Source of the DNA: an uncultured Nitrospirales bacterium
GTDB lineage: Bacteria > Nitrospirota > Nitrospiria > Nitrospirales > NS-4
DNA length: 64,000 bases
Direction: 5' to 3'
NCBI GenBank assembly: GCA_964542245.1
Contig: CAZITU010000001.1
Location: 22,627-86,626 of the forward strand
A program made the translations under genes and the position numbers. Shown piece by piece: positions 18,287 through 28,264 of the stretch. Each line of letters begins with the position of its first letter. Positions within the stretch are counted from its first letter, which is position 1. The notes beneath the pieces were generated by a model. It worked only from the letters and a program-made list of their open reading frames with translations, made no database searches and was not told the DNA's origin.

Positions 18287-18506
18287 TCCGGTCTATCCTC
18301 TCGCACCCCTCCTCGATCGCCTTAGCCATCACTTGCAGATCGGCTTTTTCAATGCGTCCCTTGAACTTAAGCAGATCCTTGCCTGACAGCCTACCGGAAG
18401 CCGGAGAGAGGCTCTTTGCAAAGGCCAGCACCCGTTCCTGCTGATCCGGAGGCAAGGACGCCATCTGTTGAAGGATTTGATCTCGTAACTGTGGGCTCAA
18501 TAGCAC
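18276..18506 (-). CDS. VapC-associated antitoxin (unclassified small protein)
   Basis: A 74-76 aa ORF overlapping the vapC start, the usual TA arrangement. The start may be the TTG at 18500, which has better spacing from the AGGGAGG SD. Confidence 0.6.
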   Translation of the reverse strand: MLLSPQLRDQILQQMASLPPDQQERVLAFAKSLSPASGRLSGKDLLKFKGRIEKADLQVMAKAIEEGCERIDRSEW

Positions 18507-18527
18507 TCCTCCCTCTTTAGTGAAAGC

Positions 18528-18556
18528 ATTATCTAACTCTTCAAGAGTTGCGTCAA
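18528..18556 (-). promoter_or_regulatory. promoter with embedded palindromic operator for the vapBC-like operon
   Basis: Minus strand reads TTGACG (18551-18556), 17-nt spacer, GATAAT (18528-18533). The spacer contains the perfect palindrome AACTCTT-n-AAGAGTT (18535-18549). Confidence 0.45.
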
Positions 18557-18575
18557 GAAGAAGGCGAAAAGGCGG

Positions 18576-18604
18576 TTGACTCCGCTACGTTTTTCGCATA
18601 GGAT
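18576..18604 (+). promoter_or_regulatory. sigma70-like promoter candidate for the gap-pgk-tpiA operon
   Basis: TTGACT (18576-18581), 17-nt spacer, TAGGAT (18599-18604), about 40 nt upstream of the gap ATG. Confidence 0.35.
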
Positions 18605-18645
18605 TTGCTCCTCTCTTCACTCGTCATCCATCACGGGAGCATTGA

Positions 18646-19650
<1,005 letters not shown>

Positions 19651-19666
19651 CCGCCGTCGGCTCCGG

Positions 19667-20866
19667 ATGAAACTACAAAAAGTCTCCATCGAGGACCTTC
19701 ACCTCCAGGGCAAGCGCGTCATTGTCCGCGCGGACTTCAATGTGCCGCTGGACGAAAGCGGCCACATCACCGACGACACCCGCATCCGCGGGACCTTGCC
19801 CACGATCAACTATGCCGTTGACGAGGACGCCCGCGTGATTCTCTGCTCCCACCTGGGGCGGCCCAAGGGGAAGGTGGATCCGCGCCTCAGCCTGGCCCCG
19901 GTCGCGCGCCGCTTGCATCGCCTGCTGGGGAAGGAGGTCGTGTTCGCGGAGGACTGCATCGGCGCCCAGGCCGAGATGCTCGTCAACAAGATGAAACCGG
20001 GCGACGTCCTCCTGTTGGAAAATTTGCGATTCCATCCCGGAGAGGAACAGAACGACGAGCAGTTCGCCAAGGCGCTGGCCAACCTGGCCGATGTGTACGT
20101 GAACGACGCCTTCGGCGCCGCGCACCGCAACCACGCTTCCATCGTGGGCATCACGAAGTTCCTGGCCGAGGCGGGCGCCGGCTTCCTTATGCGGAAGGAG
20201 ATCGAGTACCTGGAAGGGGCCGTGGCCAATCCCATGCGGCCTTTCGTGGCCATCCTCGGCGGGGCCAAAGTCTCCGGGAAAATCGGCGTCATTGAGAACC
20301 TGGGGAAGAAGGTGGACAAGGTCATCATCGGCGGCGGGATGGCGTTCACCTATCTCAAGGCCCTGGGTTACGAGGTCGGAAACTCGCTTGTGGAGGACGA
20401 CATGCTGACGTTCGCCAAGGAGATTTACGAGCATGCCGTCAGCCGGGGTGTCAAGTTCTACCTCCCTGTGGACTGCGTCGTTGCGGCCACCCCGGACGAC
20501 GGGGCGGAATCCAAGATCGTCACGTCCCAGGAAATCCCGAAGGGCTGGTACGGCCTGGACATCGGGCCGGCCTCGGTTAAGCTCTTCACCGAGGCGCTCG
20601 GCAACGCCAAGACCATTCTTTGGAACGGCCCCATGGGCATCTTTGAAAAGGACGCCTTTTCACGCGGCACGATGGCGGTGGCCCACGCCGTCGCGGACGC
20701 CTACGCGTTGACGATCGTCGGCGGGGCGGATACCGCCCTGGCCGTGCACCGCGCCGGAGTCTCCGAGAGCATGTCCTTTATCTCTACCGGAGGCGGCGCC
20801 GCCCTGGAGCTCTTGGAAGGCAAGGAGCTCCCGGGGATCGCCGCCATTCCCAATAAATCAACGTAA
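19667..20866 (+). CDS. pgk: phosphoglycerate kinase
   Basis: RADFNVP, SHLGRPKG, NDAFGAAHR and STGGGA motifs. Start at MKLQKVSIEDL (ATG 19667). Confidence 0.95.
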   Translation: MKLQKVSIEDLHLQGKRVIVRADFNVPLDESGHITDDTRIRGTLPTINYAVDEDARVILCSHLGRPKGKVDPRLSLAPVARRLHRLLGKEVVFAEDCIGAQAEMLVNKMKPGDVLLLENLRFHPGEEQNDEQFAKALANLADVYVNDAFGAAHRNHASIVGITKFLAEAGAGFLMRKEIEYLEGAVANPMRPFVAILGGAKVSGKIGVIENLGKKVDKVIIGGGMAFTYLKALGYEVGNSLVEDDMLTFAKEIYEHAVSRGVKFYLPVDCVVAATPDDGAESKIVTSQEIPKGWYGLDIGPASVKLFTEALGNAKTILWNGPMGIFEKDAFSRGTMAVAHAVADAYALTIVGGADTALAVHRAGVSESMSFISTGGGAALELLEGKELPGIAAIPNKST

Positions 20867-20886
20867 ACCGTTCTCCGAGGTCCTCC

Positions 20887-21681
20887 ATGAGCCACCGCCA
20901 ACGGCTGATCGTCGGCAACTGGAAGATGCACAAGACGATCCCCGAGGCGCGAGCTCTCGTTGAGCGTCTGGGCCAACTCCTCCCCCGCTCCCCGTCCGCG
21001 CAGGTCGAGGTCGTGGTGGCCCCTCCTTTCACGGCTCTCGCGGCCGCCGCATCGGCCCTCGCACAGCATGGCCTCTTCCCCACTCCCGTCTTATTGGCCG
21101 CGCAGGACGTCTTCTGGGAAGATTCCGGCGCCTTCACAGGAGAAGTCTCGGCTCCCATGCTCACGGACCTGGGCTGCCGGTACGTGATCGTCGGCCATTC
21201 GGAGCGGCGAAAGTACTTCGAAGAGACCAATGCGATGGTCGGGAAGAAAGTGGCCGCGGCGCTCCGGCATCGGTTGCGGCCCATCCTGTGCATCGGGGAG
21301 ACCTGGGACCAACGGGAAAGGGGACAGACGACTCAGATCCTCTCAGACCAACTAACGGGAGCCCTGTCGGCCGTGGAGAAGGACCAGGCTCCCGAGATCG
21401 TGATCGCGTACGAGCCAGTCTGGGCGATCGGCTCCGGCCACCCCGCCACGCCGGAACAAGCCCGCGAGGCGCACCGGCACATCAGAACACGGATCATGGC
21501 TCACTGGGGACAGGATGCCGGGGAGACCGTGCCGATCCTGTACGGGGGGAGCGTGACCCCCGACAACATCAAAGAGTTCCTGGCCCTGCCGGAGATTGAC
21601 GGCGCCCTCGTGGGCGGAGCTTGCCTCGATCCCGTCCAGTTTGCTAGAATCGTGACGGTCGCCGGTTCCTTATCTTCGTAG
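20887..21681 (+). CDS. tpiA: triose-phosphate isomerase
   Basis: GNWKMH, VGHSERR, AYEPVWAIGSG and YGGSV motifs. Confidence 0.95.
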   Translation: MSHRQRLIVGNWKMHKTIPEARALVERLGQLLPRSPSAQVEVVVAPPFTALAAAASALAQHGLFPTPVLLAAQDVFWEDSGAFTGEVSAPMLTDLGCRYVIVGHSERRKYFEETNAMVGKKVAAALRHRLRPILCIGETWDQRERGQTTQILSDQLTGALSAVEKDQAPEIVIAYEPVWAIGSGHPATPEQAREAHRHIRTRIMAHWGQDAGETVPILYGGSVTPDNIKEFLALPEIDGALVGGACLDPVQFARIVTVAGSLSS

Positions 21682-21725
21682 GGCGCGGTTCCACCGCGCC
21701 TTCTTAATTCTCGGAGGAATACCGC

Positions 21726-22109
21726 ATGTACGCCGCCTTAATCATCCTGCACGTCCTGGTCGCCTTCATTATGGTCGGAGTCATCTTGCTGCAATCAGGC
21801 AAAGGGGCCGAGATCGGAGCGGCATTCGGCGGATCAAGCCAGACCGTGTTCGGCTCGCGCGGGGCCGGCACGTTCCTGGGCAAGGTGACCACCATTACCG
21901 CCACGATCTTCTTTGTCACGTCGTTGTCCCTGGCGATCATGTCGAAACAACGGAACTACTCCTCGACGATCGGCCTGGACAAGCCTGCCGCCGCTCCGGC
22001 TGCGCCGGCGTCGGGCGCCCCGACCGCCAACACCACCGGCAAGAACGAGCACAACTCCCACGACCCCAACGCAGCCGCACCACCCTCTCCCACCCCGACA
22101 AAACCGTAG
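21726..22109 (+). CDS. secG: preprotein translocase subunit SecG (with Ala/Pro-rich tail)
   Basis: LLQSGKGAEIGAAFGG...FG signature, two TM helices, and the conserved position after tpiA. Confidence 0.85.
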   Translation: MYAALIILHVLVAFIMVGVILLQSGKGAEIGAAFGGSSQTVFGSRGAGTFLGKVTTITATIFFVTSLSLAIMSKQRNYSSTIGLDKPAAAPAAPASGAPTANTTGKNEHNSHDPNAAAPPSPTPTKP

Positions 22110-22184
22110 TCGTGTAAGGAGGCCGGCCACGCAAGTCCCTTGCGCGGGAGAGGCCCGCATGCTCTCCTCAGACCAGGATTGACG

Positions 22185-23672
22185 ATGAAGCCCTCGGTAC
22201 CGATCAAAAGGCTGATGGTTCTGCTGGCGCTGGCCCTGCTGATGAGCGGCTCACCCGGGATCGCCGCGGATCCGGCCACCCCGTTTGACGCGTTGACCTA
22301 CTACGACCGCGCTGTGAAGCGAGCGAAAGCGGGCGACCATAAGAGAGCAATCGAGGATTTCACGCAGGTCCTCAGGATGACCCCGAACGACGCGGAGGCG
22401 TATTACCACCGCGGCGTGTCGAAAGGGAAATCGGGGGATCCCCACGGCGCGATCGACGATTTCACCCGCGCGCTCGCGATCAGTCCCAAACTCGCCGAGG
22501 CTTACTACGATCGCGCCCTGACGAAGCGGAAATTAGGCGACCTTCAGGGAGCGCTTGCGGATTTCAGCCAAGCGCTCACGATGAGGCCCAAGCTTGCCGA
22601 GGCCTATCACGATCGCGGCGTGGTAAAGGAAAAATTGGGGGATCTCAAAGGCGGGGTGGAGGACTTCACGCGAGCGCTCGCGCTCAACCCCAAACTCGCG
22701 CACACTTACTACAAGCGCGGCCTGGCAAAGCAAAAACTCGGGGATGTCGCGGGCGCGCAGGAGGACCTCACGCAGGCGCTGACGATCAACCCGGACCTGG
22801 CCGAGACCTTCTACACGCGGGGCCTGTATAAGCGGAATCTTGGAGACCTCCACGGGGCGCTCGAGGACTTCACGCAGGCGCTGACGATCAACCCGGACCT
22901 GGCCGAGGCCTACTACGACCGCGGGCTGGCGAAACGGACCCTGGGGGATGCCACAGGCGCCCAAGACGATGCCGCGCGCGCGCTCGCGATCAGCCCAAAA
23001 CTCGCGTCGGTCTACCACGCTCGGGGGGTGAACAAACGGAAATCGGGCGACTATCCCGGCGCGATCGAGAATTTCACGCAGGCTCTCGCGATGAGCCCGA
23101 CCATGGCTGAAACCTACTACGAGCGCGGCCTGGCCCAAAAGAAGCTCGGCGATCTACCGGAGGCGATCCAGGACTTCACCAAGGCGATCGCGACGAGCCC
23201 CAACCTGGCCGACGCCTACTACGAACGCGGGCTGGCGAAGTGGGAGTCGGGTGACTCCCGAGGAGCACGCGAGGATCTCACGCAAGCGCTCACGCTCAAT
23301 CCCAACGACGCGGTGGCGTACAACAACCGGGGCGTGTTGCGGTGGGAATCGGGTGACTCCCTAGGGGCGATCGAGGATTACACGCAATCCCTCCGGATCA
23401 ATCCCAGCCACGCGTTGCCCCACTATAATCGCGGCATGAACAAGCTGCAGTTGAAAGACTTCCGCGGGGCGTTGGACGACTTCACGCAGGCGCTCAGGCT
23501 GAGCCCCAACGACGCGGACTATTACGTGGGCCGAGGGAAGGCGCACTTGGAGCTGAAGAACAGAGACGCGGCGGTCGCGGATTTCACACAGGCGGCGGAT
23601 CTGCGCCCGAAGCTTTTCGATGAACTTTTAGAAACGCTCCAAGAATACGACAGAACTCTCACCGGCAAATAA
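22185..23672 (+). CDS. secreted/lipoprotein-like tetratricopeptide repeat protein
   Basis: Signal peptide MKPSVPIKRLMVLLALALLMSGSPGIAA followed by 13 contiguous 34-aa TPR units of consensus AEAYYxRGLAKxKLGDxxGAxEDFTQALxxNPxL. Confidence 0.85.
   Translation: MKPSVPIKRLMVLLALALLMSGSPGIAADPATPFDALTYYDRAVKRAKAGDHKRAIEDFTQVLRMTPNDAEAYYHRGVSKGKSGDPHGAIDDFTRALAISPKLAEAYYDRALTKRKLGDLQGALADFSQALTMRPKLAEAYHDRGVVKEKLGDLKGGVEDFTRALALNPKLAHTYYKRGLAKQKLGDVAGAQEDLTQALTINPDLAETFYTRGLYKRNLGDLHGALEDFTQALTINPDLAEAYYDRGLAKRTLGDATGAQDDAARALAISPKLASVYHARGVNKRKSGDYPGAIENFTQALAMSPTMAETYYERGLAQKKLGDLPEAIQDFTKAIATSPNLADAYYERGLAKWESGDSRGAREDLTQALTLNPNDAVAYNNRGVLRWESGDSLGAIEDYTQSLRINPSHALPHYNRGMNKLQLKDFRGALDDFTQALRLSPNDADYYVGRGKAHLELKNRDAAVADFTQAADLRPKLFDELLETLQEYDRTLTGK
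22290..23615 (+). repeat. 13 x 102-bp in-frame tandem repeat array (TPR units) inside the CDS
   Basis: Exact 34-codon periodicity with no spacers. Adjacent units share long identical DNA runs, e.g. cacgcaggcgctgacgatcaacccggacctggccgag occurs twice, 102 bp apart. Confidence 0.8.
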
Positions 23673-23757
23673 TCCCCCCACCGGCGCGTCCCCCCGCCTT
23701 GTTTCCCCTGCCCCAAGGAACCCCTCGTCCCGCTCCCCCACAGATTTCGTATCCGGC

Positions 23758-23786
23758 TTGACTCTTAGGTTTATCCCACTCATAGT
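23758..23786 (+). promoter_or_regulatory. sigma70-like promoter candidate
   Basis: TTGACT (23758-23763), 17-nt spacer, CATAGT (23781-23786), upstream of the GTG at 23830. Confidence 0.3.
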
Positions 23787-23829
23787 GCTGTCGTTCAGCT
23801 TGAAATATCCCAGGAGTTGAGGGAACAAG

Positions 23830-24378
23830 GTGGACGCACGCCGCAAACAGACCAGTCTCCTGCACGTGGGACTGATTGTCGCGCTTGCAATCGGGGTATT
23901 CGTCCTCGACCTGTTGACTCCGTTGGGCGTGTCTGTTCCGGAGTTGTATGTGGCGTTGGTCCTGTTTTCGTTATGGTCCCCTCAGCAACGGCTCACACTC
24001 ACCGTCGCCACGGCTTCCACGGCGCTGACCGGTCTTGGGTTTTTCTTTTCTCCTCCTGGCGGCGGAACTCTCTGGATGGCAATCGCCAATCGCTTGCTCA
24101 CCGTATTCGTCGTCTGGGCGACGGCGATCCTCGTCCTCCGGTACAAGCATAAGCAGGAGGAGATCAAGTTATTGCGGGGACTGTTGCCCATTTGCGCGTC
24201 CTGCAAAAAAATCCGCGACGACAAAGGCTATTGGAACTATCTCGAACTATACATGGAAGATCATTCAGATGTGCAGTTTTCCCACGGGATCTGCCCGGAA
24301 TGTCTGATCAAGTGGTACCCGGAACTCGAGGCAGAACTCTCCGAAGGCCGCTCCGAGGCTCCTCAAGAGGACAAGTAG
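23830..24378 (+). CDS. small membrane protein with a C-terminal Cys-rich LLPICxxCKKIRDD...SHGICPEC motif
   Basis: Four hydrophobic helices in the N-terminal ~110 aa. Then CxxC ... HxxCxxC, a putative zinc-ribbon-like module that I recall at the C-termini of PAS/GAF signalling proteins. Confidence 0.6.
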   Translation: MDARRKQTSLLHVGLIVALAIGVFVLDLLTPLGVSVPELYVALVLFSLWSPQQRLTLTVATASTALTGLGFFFSPPGGGTLWMAIANRLLTVFVVWATAILVLRYKHKQEEIKLLRGLLPICASCKKIRDDKGYWNYLELYMEDHSDVQFSHGICPECLIKWYPELEAELSEGRSEAPQEDK

Positions 24379-24384
24379 ATATTC

Positions 24385-25299
24385 CTACTGCGGCGAGAGC
24401 CATGCGGCATGCTTGGGGTCACGCCCCTTTACGATATTGAAGAAGGCGGTTTGCAGGGTGCTGGTGATGGGGCCCGGCTTGCCGGTGCCGACGGCGCGGT
24501 CGTCCACCTCCCGGATCGGCGTCAGTTCGGCGGCCGTGCCGGTCATGAACACTTCGTCCGCAATGTAGAGCTCGTCGCGGGTAAACCGCTCTTCAAGGAC
24601 CGTCAGCCCGCGCTCGCGGGCGAGTTGCATGATCGAGTTCCGTGTGACCCCCTCCAGAATGGAGGTCAGCGGCGTGGTTTTCACGATCCCGTTGCGCACC
24701 AGGAAGATGTTCTCGCCGGTGCCCTCGGAGACATACCCTTCGGGATCGAGCAGGATCGCCTCGTCGTACCCGCTGGTCTTCACTTCCCGCTTGGCCATGA
24801 TGGAGTTGACGTAGTAGCCCGCGATCTTCGCCCGCGTCATCGTGACATTCACGTGATGCCGGGTGAATGATGACACCTTCGCCCGGATGCCGTTCTTCAA
24901 CCCCTCCTCGCCGAGGTAGGCCCCCCACGGCCAGGCCGCGATCGCCACGCGGATCGGGTTGTCGGGAACATAGAGCCCCATATCCCCGTATCCCACGAAG
25001 ACGATCGGCCGGATGTAGCACTCCTCGAGCTTGTTCGCGCGGACGGTCTCCCGGACGGCGTCGGCGATTTCTTTCTTCCCGAATGGAATCGTGATGAGCC
25101 CGATGTGGGCCGAAGCGAACAGCCGGTCCACGTGCTCGCTCAGGCGGAAGATGGCCGAACCCTGATCCCCCCTGTAGCAGCGGATGCCTTCGAAGGCGGC
25201 CAGGCCGTAATGGAGGCTGTGCGTGAGCACATGGACCTGGGCGTCCTTCCAGGGAACGAGTTTCCCGTCCATCCAAATTTTCTCGGATTCCTTCAACAC
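24385..25299 (-). CDS. ilvE: branched-chain amino acid aminotransferase
   Basis: Fold-type IV PLP enzyme pattern: [21 protein letters not shown]-type motif ([13 protein letters not shown]), MTGTAAE. Confidence 0.9.
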   Translation of the reverse strand: MLKESEKIWMDGKLVPWKDAQVHVLTHSLHYGLAAFEGIRCYRGDQGSAIFRLSEHVDRLFASAHIGLITIPFGKKEIADAVRETVRANKLEECYIRPIVFVGYGDMGLYVPDNPIRVAIAAWPWGAYLGEEGLKNGIRAKVSSFTRHHVNVTMTRAKIAGYYVNSIMAKREVKTSGYDEAILLDPEGYVSEGTGENIFLVRNGIVKTTPLTSILEGVTRNSIMQLARERGLTVLEERFTRDELYIADEVFMTGTAAELTPIREVDDRAVGTGKPGPITSTLQTAFFNIVKGRDPKHAAWLSPQ

Positions 25300-25452
25300 C
25301 GCGATCCCTCCCGACCCGGATGGCGCTGACGGAAGGCATGATAGCAGCGGGTCCGGACCATGTCAAACGATCCTTCCCTCCTTGACTTCCAGCGACCCAT
25401 CGTGGTAGAAACACGACGGTTGACACGATGAATTGAAGCGGAGATCACGGCC

Positions 25453-25767
25453 ATGTACGCGATTGTCGAAACAGGCGGAAAGCAATATCGGGTGACGCCG
25501 GGCGATATCCTCGAAGTGGAGCGGCTTGACGGAGACGTGGGGGCCGCCGTCACGCTGGAGAAGGTGTTGCTGGTCTCCGGCGAGGCGGAAACCAAGATCG
25601 GGCATCCCACCGTGGCCAATGTCAAAGTCGCCGGCGAGGTCGTGGCCCACGGCCGGTCCCGCAAAGTCATCGTCTTTAAGAAGAAACGTCGCAAGGCCTA
25701 TCGCCGGACCAATGGTCACCGGCAATCGTTCACCAGGCTCAAAATCACGGGAATTTCAGAGGGCTAG
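25453..25767 (+). CDS. rplU: 50S ribosomal protein L21
   Basis: [15 protein letters not shown]-terminus and KKRRKxYRRxxGHRQ C-terminal motif. Confidence 0.95.
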   Translation: MYAIVETGGKQYRVTPGDILEVERLDGDVGAAVTLEKVLLVSGEAETKIGHPTVANVKVAGEVVAHGRSRKVIVFKKKRRKAYRRTNGHRQSFTRLKITGISEG

Positions 25768-25769
25768 TC

Positions 25770-26048
25770 ATGGCACATAAAAAGGGACAGGGCGCGTGCC
25801 GGAACGGGCGGGACAGCAACCCGCAGTACCTCGGCGTGAAATGCTACGGTGGGGAAACCGTGCCGGGCGGGAGCATCATCGTCCGCCAGCGCGGCACGAA
25901 GTTCCAACCAGGGTTTAATGTCGGCCGAGGGAAGGATGATACGCTGTTCGCCAAGATTGCAGGCACCGTGAGGTTCGAAGGCCCGAAGGACCGGCGGCGG
26001 GTGACCATCATTCCGGTCCAGGGCGCTCCAGCCGCCAAGGCCTCCTAA
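25770..26048 (+). CDS. rpmA: 50S ribosomal protein L27
   Basis: MAHKKGQG...[28 protein letters not shown] signature. Confidence 0.95.
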   Translation: MAHKKGQGACRNGRDSNPQYLGVKCYGGETVPGGSIIVRQRGTKFQPGFNVGRGKDDTLFAKIAGTVRFEGPKDRRRVTIIPVQGAPAAKAS

Positions 26049-26072
26049 CCAACTCTTCGCGTCCGTCATTCC

Positions 26073-26110
26073 GCCCCTTGCTCGAGCTTGGAGTAAGGGG
26101 CTTTTTATTT
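26073..26110 (+). terminator. rho-independent terminator after rpmA
   Basis: Stem GCCCCTTGCTC / GAGTAAGGGGC (one G:U pair), 7-nt loop, followed by TTTTTATTT. Confidence 0.65.
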
Positions 26111-26121
26111 GGAGGTTGACC

Positions 26122-27606
26122 ATGCGGATCAATCGGGAACGCTTCACCAGGAAAGCCGGAATGCGGCAAGGGTACACGTCCGCCTCCTCGTTCCCCACGA
26201 GAATCGTCTCGAACGAGGAGTTCCCGCCCCTCCCTCAGACCGAGGAGCAACTTCGGGTAGAGCGGCTGATCCATGCGGCCGGGGTGAAGATCAGCCGCTC
26301 GCTTGGGGTAAACCGTCGCGACTTCCTGAAAACCACCGGCGGCATGGCCGTTGCGTTCTTGGCGATGAACAGTGTCTTCGGTCGGTTTTTCGACGTGCTG
26401 GAGGTCGAAGCAGCCGAGACAGCCGCGTTCTCCGAGCGGAGCGGCGTCCCGTCGTTCATCTTTGACGTGCAGACTCACTACGTGAGCCGAGGCTATGATC
26501 CCTCCGATGCGGAAGCCTCGCGCAAGGGCGCGGTGACCAAGCAAGCCCTGCTCGGCCTCCGCCGGCGGGCTCGTGAGCTGGGCATGAACCCCAAGCTGAC
26601 GGGAGACCGAGGGACGATGGAAGACCTGGATTGGGTCAACTTCATCAAGGAAGTGTTTCTGGACAGCGACACGTCGCTCGCGCTCATCAGCACGCCGCCC
26701 GGCCCGTATCCTCAGGAGGCGGTCGTGCCGCCGAAGGAGATGGCGCACATCCGTGATGAGCTGAACCGGCTCAGCGACTCCCAACGGATGCTGGCGCACG
26801 GCCTCGTCACGCCCCAACTCGGCAAGGCCGATCTGGAGTTCATGGAGTTGCAGGCCGCCACCATGAAGGTGGACGCCTGGAAATGCTATACGGGCCATCC
26901 TCCGAAGGGCTTCGACCATGGTTGGTGTATGGACGACGAGAAGCTCGCCTACCCCATGCTGGAGAAGGCCCGAGCGCTTCGCGTGCCGCGCATCTGCGTG
27001 CACAAGGGCTTGCCGCTGGGACCGGTGGAAGACTTCAACCACCCCCGCGACCTGATCAAGGCGGCGAAAGATTTTCCGGACATCAGCTTTCTCGTTTACC
27101 ATTCCGGGTTCAAGGGCGCCCGCACGGTGCCGGAGGACTTCACGCGCACGGGCGAGATCCCGTGGACCACCGAGTTCTGCCGGAAGAAGCGGGCGGAGCC
27201 CGGCATCAACAACATCTACATGGAACTCGGCTCGACCTTCGGGCAGTTGGTCAGCACCTATCCGGAAATCTGCGCGCACCTGCTCGGGCAGATCCTGCTG
27301 TCGTTTGATGAAGACCATGTGCTCTGGGGGACCGATTCGATCTGGTACGGCACCCCCCAGTGGCAGATCGAGGCGTTCCGGCGTTTTCAGATCCCCGATG
27401 CGTTGATCGAACGGCATCGGTATCCGAGCCTGACGCGGGAGGTGAAGACCAAGATTTTCGGCTTGAATGCGGCGCGGATCTTCGGCGTGAATGCGACGGC
27501 CAAGCGCAACGCGCTTCCGGCCGATTATCTGAGCCGGATCAAGATGGCCTACCGGAACGAGGGTCCGGAGCCCAGCCACCGGCTGTACGGCTGGGTGGCA
27601 GGCTAG
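26122..27606 (+). CDS. amidohydrolase family (metal-dependent hydrolase, TIM barrel) protein with an internal twin-arginine-like motif
   Basis: GGAGG SD 6 nt before ATG 26122. [21 protein letters not shown] is a Tat-like segment. The downstream pattern (FDVQTH, VHKG, HSG, LWGTDS) fits amidohydrolase-2-type enzymes. Confidence 0.7.
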   Translation: MRINRERFTRKAGMRQGYTSASSFPTRIVSNEEFPPLPQTEEQLRVERLIHAAGVKISRSLGVNRRDFLKTTGGMAVAFLAMNSVFGRFFDVLEVEAAETAAFSERSGVPSFIFDVQTHYVSRGYDPSDAEASRKGAVTKQALLGLRRRARELGMNPKLTGDRGTMEDLDWVNFIKEVFLDSDTSLALISTPPGPYPQEAVVPPKEMAHIRDELNRLSDSQRMLAHGLVTPQLGKADLEFMELQAATMKVDAWKCYTGHPPKGFDHGWCMDDEKLAYPMLEKARALRVPRICVHKGLPLGPVEDFNHPRDLIKAAKDFPDISFLVYHSGFKGARTVPEDFTRTGEIPWTTEFCRKKRAEPGINNIYMELGSTFGQLVSTYPEICAHLLGQILLSFDEDHVLWGTDSIWYGTPQWQIEAFRRFQIPDALIERHRYPSLTREVKTKIFGLNAARIFGVNATAKRNALPADYLSRIKMAYRNEGPEPSHRLYGWVAG

Positions 27607-28253
27607 GGTCTTTGCGGGTGGTCTGGGTTTTCGACCTGTTTGCGGAGTTCGATCAGCTCGCGCTCGAGGGCCTCGAATCGGTCCAGGACGGGGTCGGGGA
27701 TGTTGGTGTGGTCCATCGTCGCTTCGGGCATCCGCTCACCTTCGGCCTTGATGATCCGTCCCGGCACGCCGATCACCGTGGAGTTCGCGGGCACCGACTT
27801 CAACAGCACCGAGTTGGCCCCGATCTTGACGTTGTCGCCGATGCGGATGCCGCCGAGAATCTTGGCCCCGGCGCCGACCACGACGTGATTCCCCAGCGTC
27901 GGATGGCGCTTGCCGCGCTCCTTGCCGGTTCCCCCTAAAGTCACTCCTTGAAAGAGCGTCACGTAGTCGCCGATCTCGGCCGTCTCGCCGATGACGACCC
28001 CCATGCCGTGATCTATGAAAAAGCCTCGGCCGATTCGGGCTGCCGGGTGAATCTCAATGCCCGTCAACAGGCGCGCCACCTGTGAGATAGCGCGCGGGAT
28101 AAACGGGACGCCCCACCCATAGAGCCGGTGCGCGATCCGGTACGCCAACAAGGCATGGAAGCCCGCGTAGGTGAGGATCACCTCCAGCTTGCTGGTCGCC
28201 GCCGGGTCCCGCTCGAAGACCGCCGCGAGGTCGTTTTTGATCTTCACAAACAT
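27603..28253 (-). CDS. cysE: serine O-acetyltransferase
   Basis: Hexapeptide repeats with the [31 protein letters not shown] motif typical of CysE. Start at MFVKIKNDL, after the ispF stop. Confidence 0.85.
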   Translation of the reverse strand: MFVKIKNDLAAVFERDPAATSKLEVILTYAGFHALLAYRIAHRLYGWGVPFIPRAISQVARLLTGIEIHPAARIGRGFFIDHGMGVVIGETAEIGDYVTLFQGVTLGGTGKERGKRHPTLGNHVVVGAGAKILGGIRIGDNVKIGANSVLLKSVPANSTVIGVPGRIIKAEGERMPEATMDHTNIPDPVLDRFEALERELIELRKQVENPDHPQRP

Positions 28254-28264
28254 GCCGGGTTTGA

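Noticed and set aside
22110-22184. Looked for a tRNA gene downstream of secG (a common location), and in the other intergenic regions longer than 100 nt
   Set aside because: No T-loop (GGTTCGAAT-like) or cloverleaf-compatible sequence was seen. The spacers are too short or lack the conserved boxes.
22290-23615. Regularly spaced DNA repeats that might be mistaken for a CRISPR array
   Set aside because: The period is exactly 102 bp, in frame, within one long ORF encoding canonical TPR units. There are no short conserved repeats alternating with unique spacers and no cas genes.
26008-27579. 523-aa ORF on the minus strand
   Set aside because: It is fully antisense to the amidohydrolase gene, which has clear family motifs, an SD and a terminator context. 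The antisense translation is Arg/Gly/Pro/Leu-rich low-complexity sequence, typical of shadow ORFs in high-GC DNA.
27603-27606. Convergent amidohydrolase and cysE genes share the palindrome CTAG as both stop codons
   Set aside because: A real but trivial consequence of convergent gene packing. There is no evidence of functional significance.
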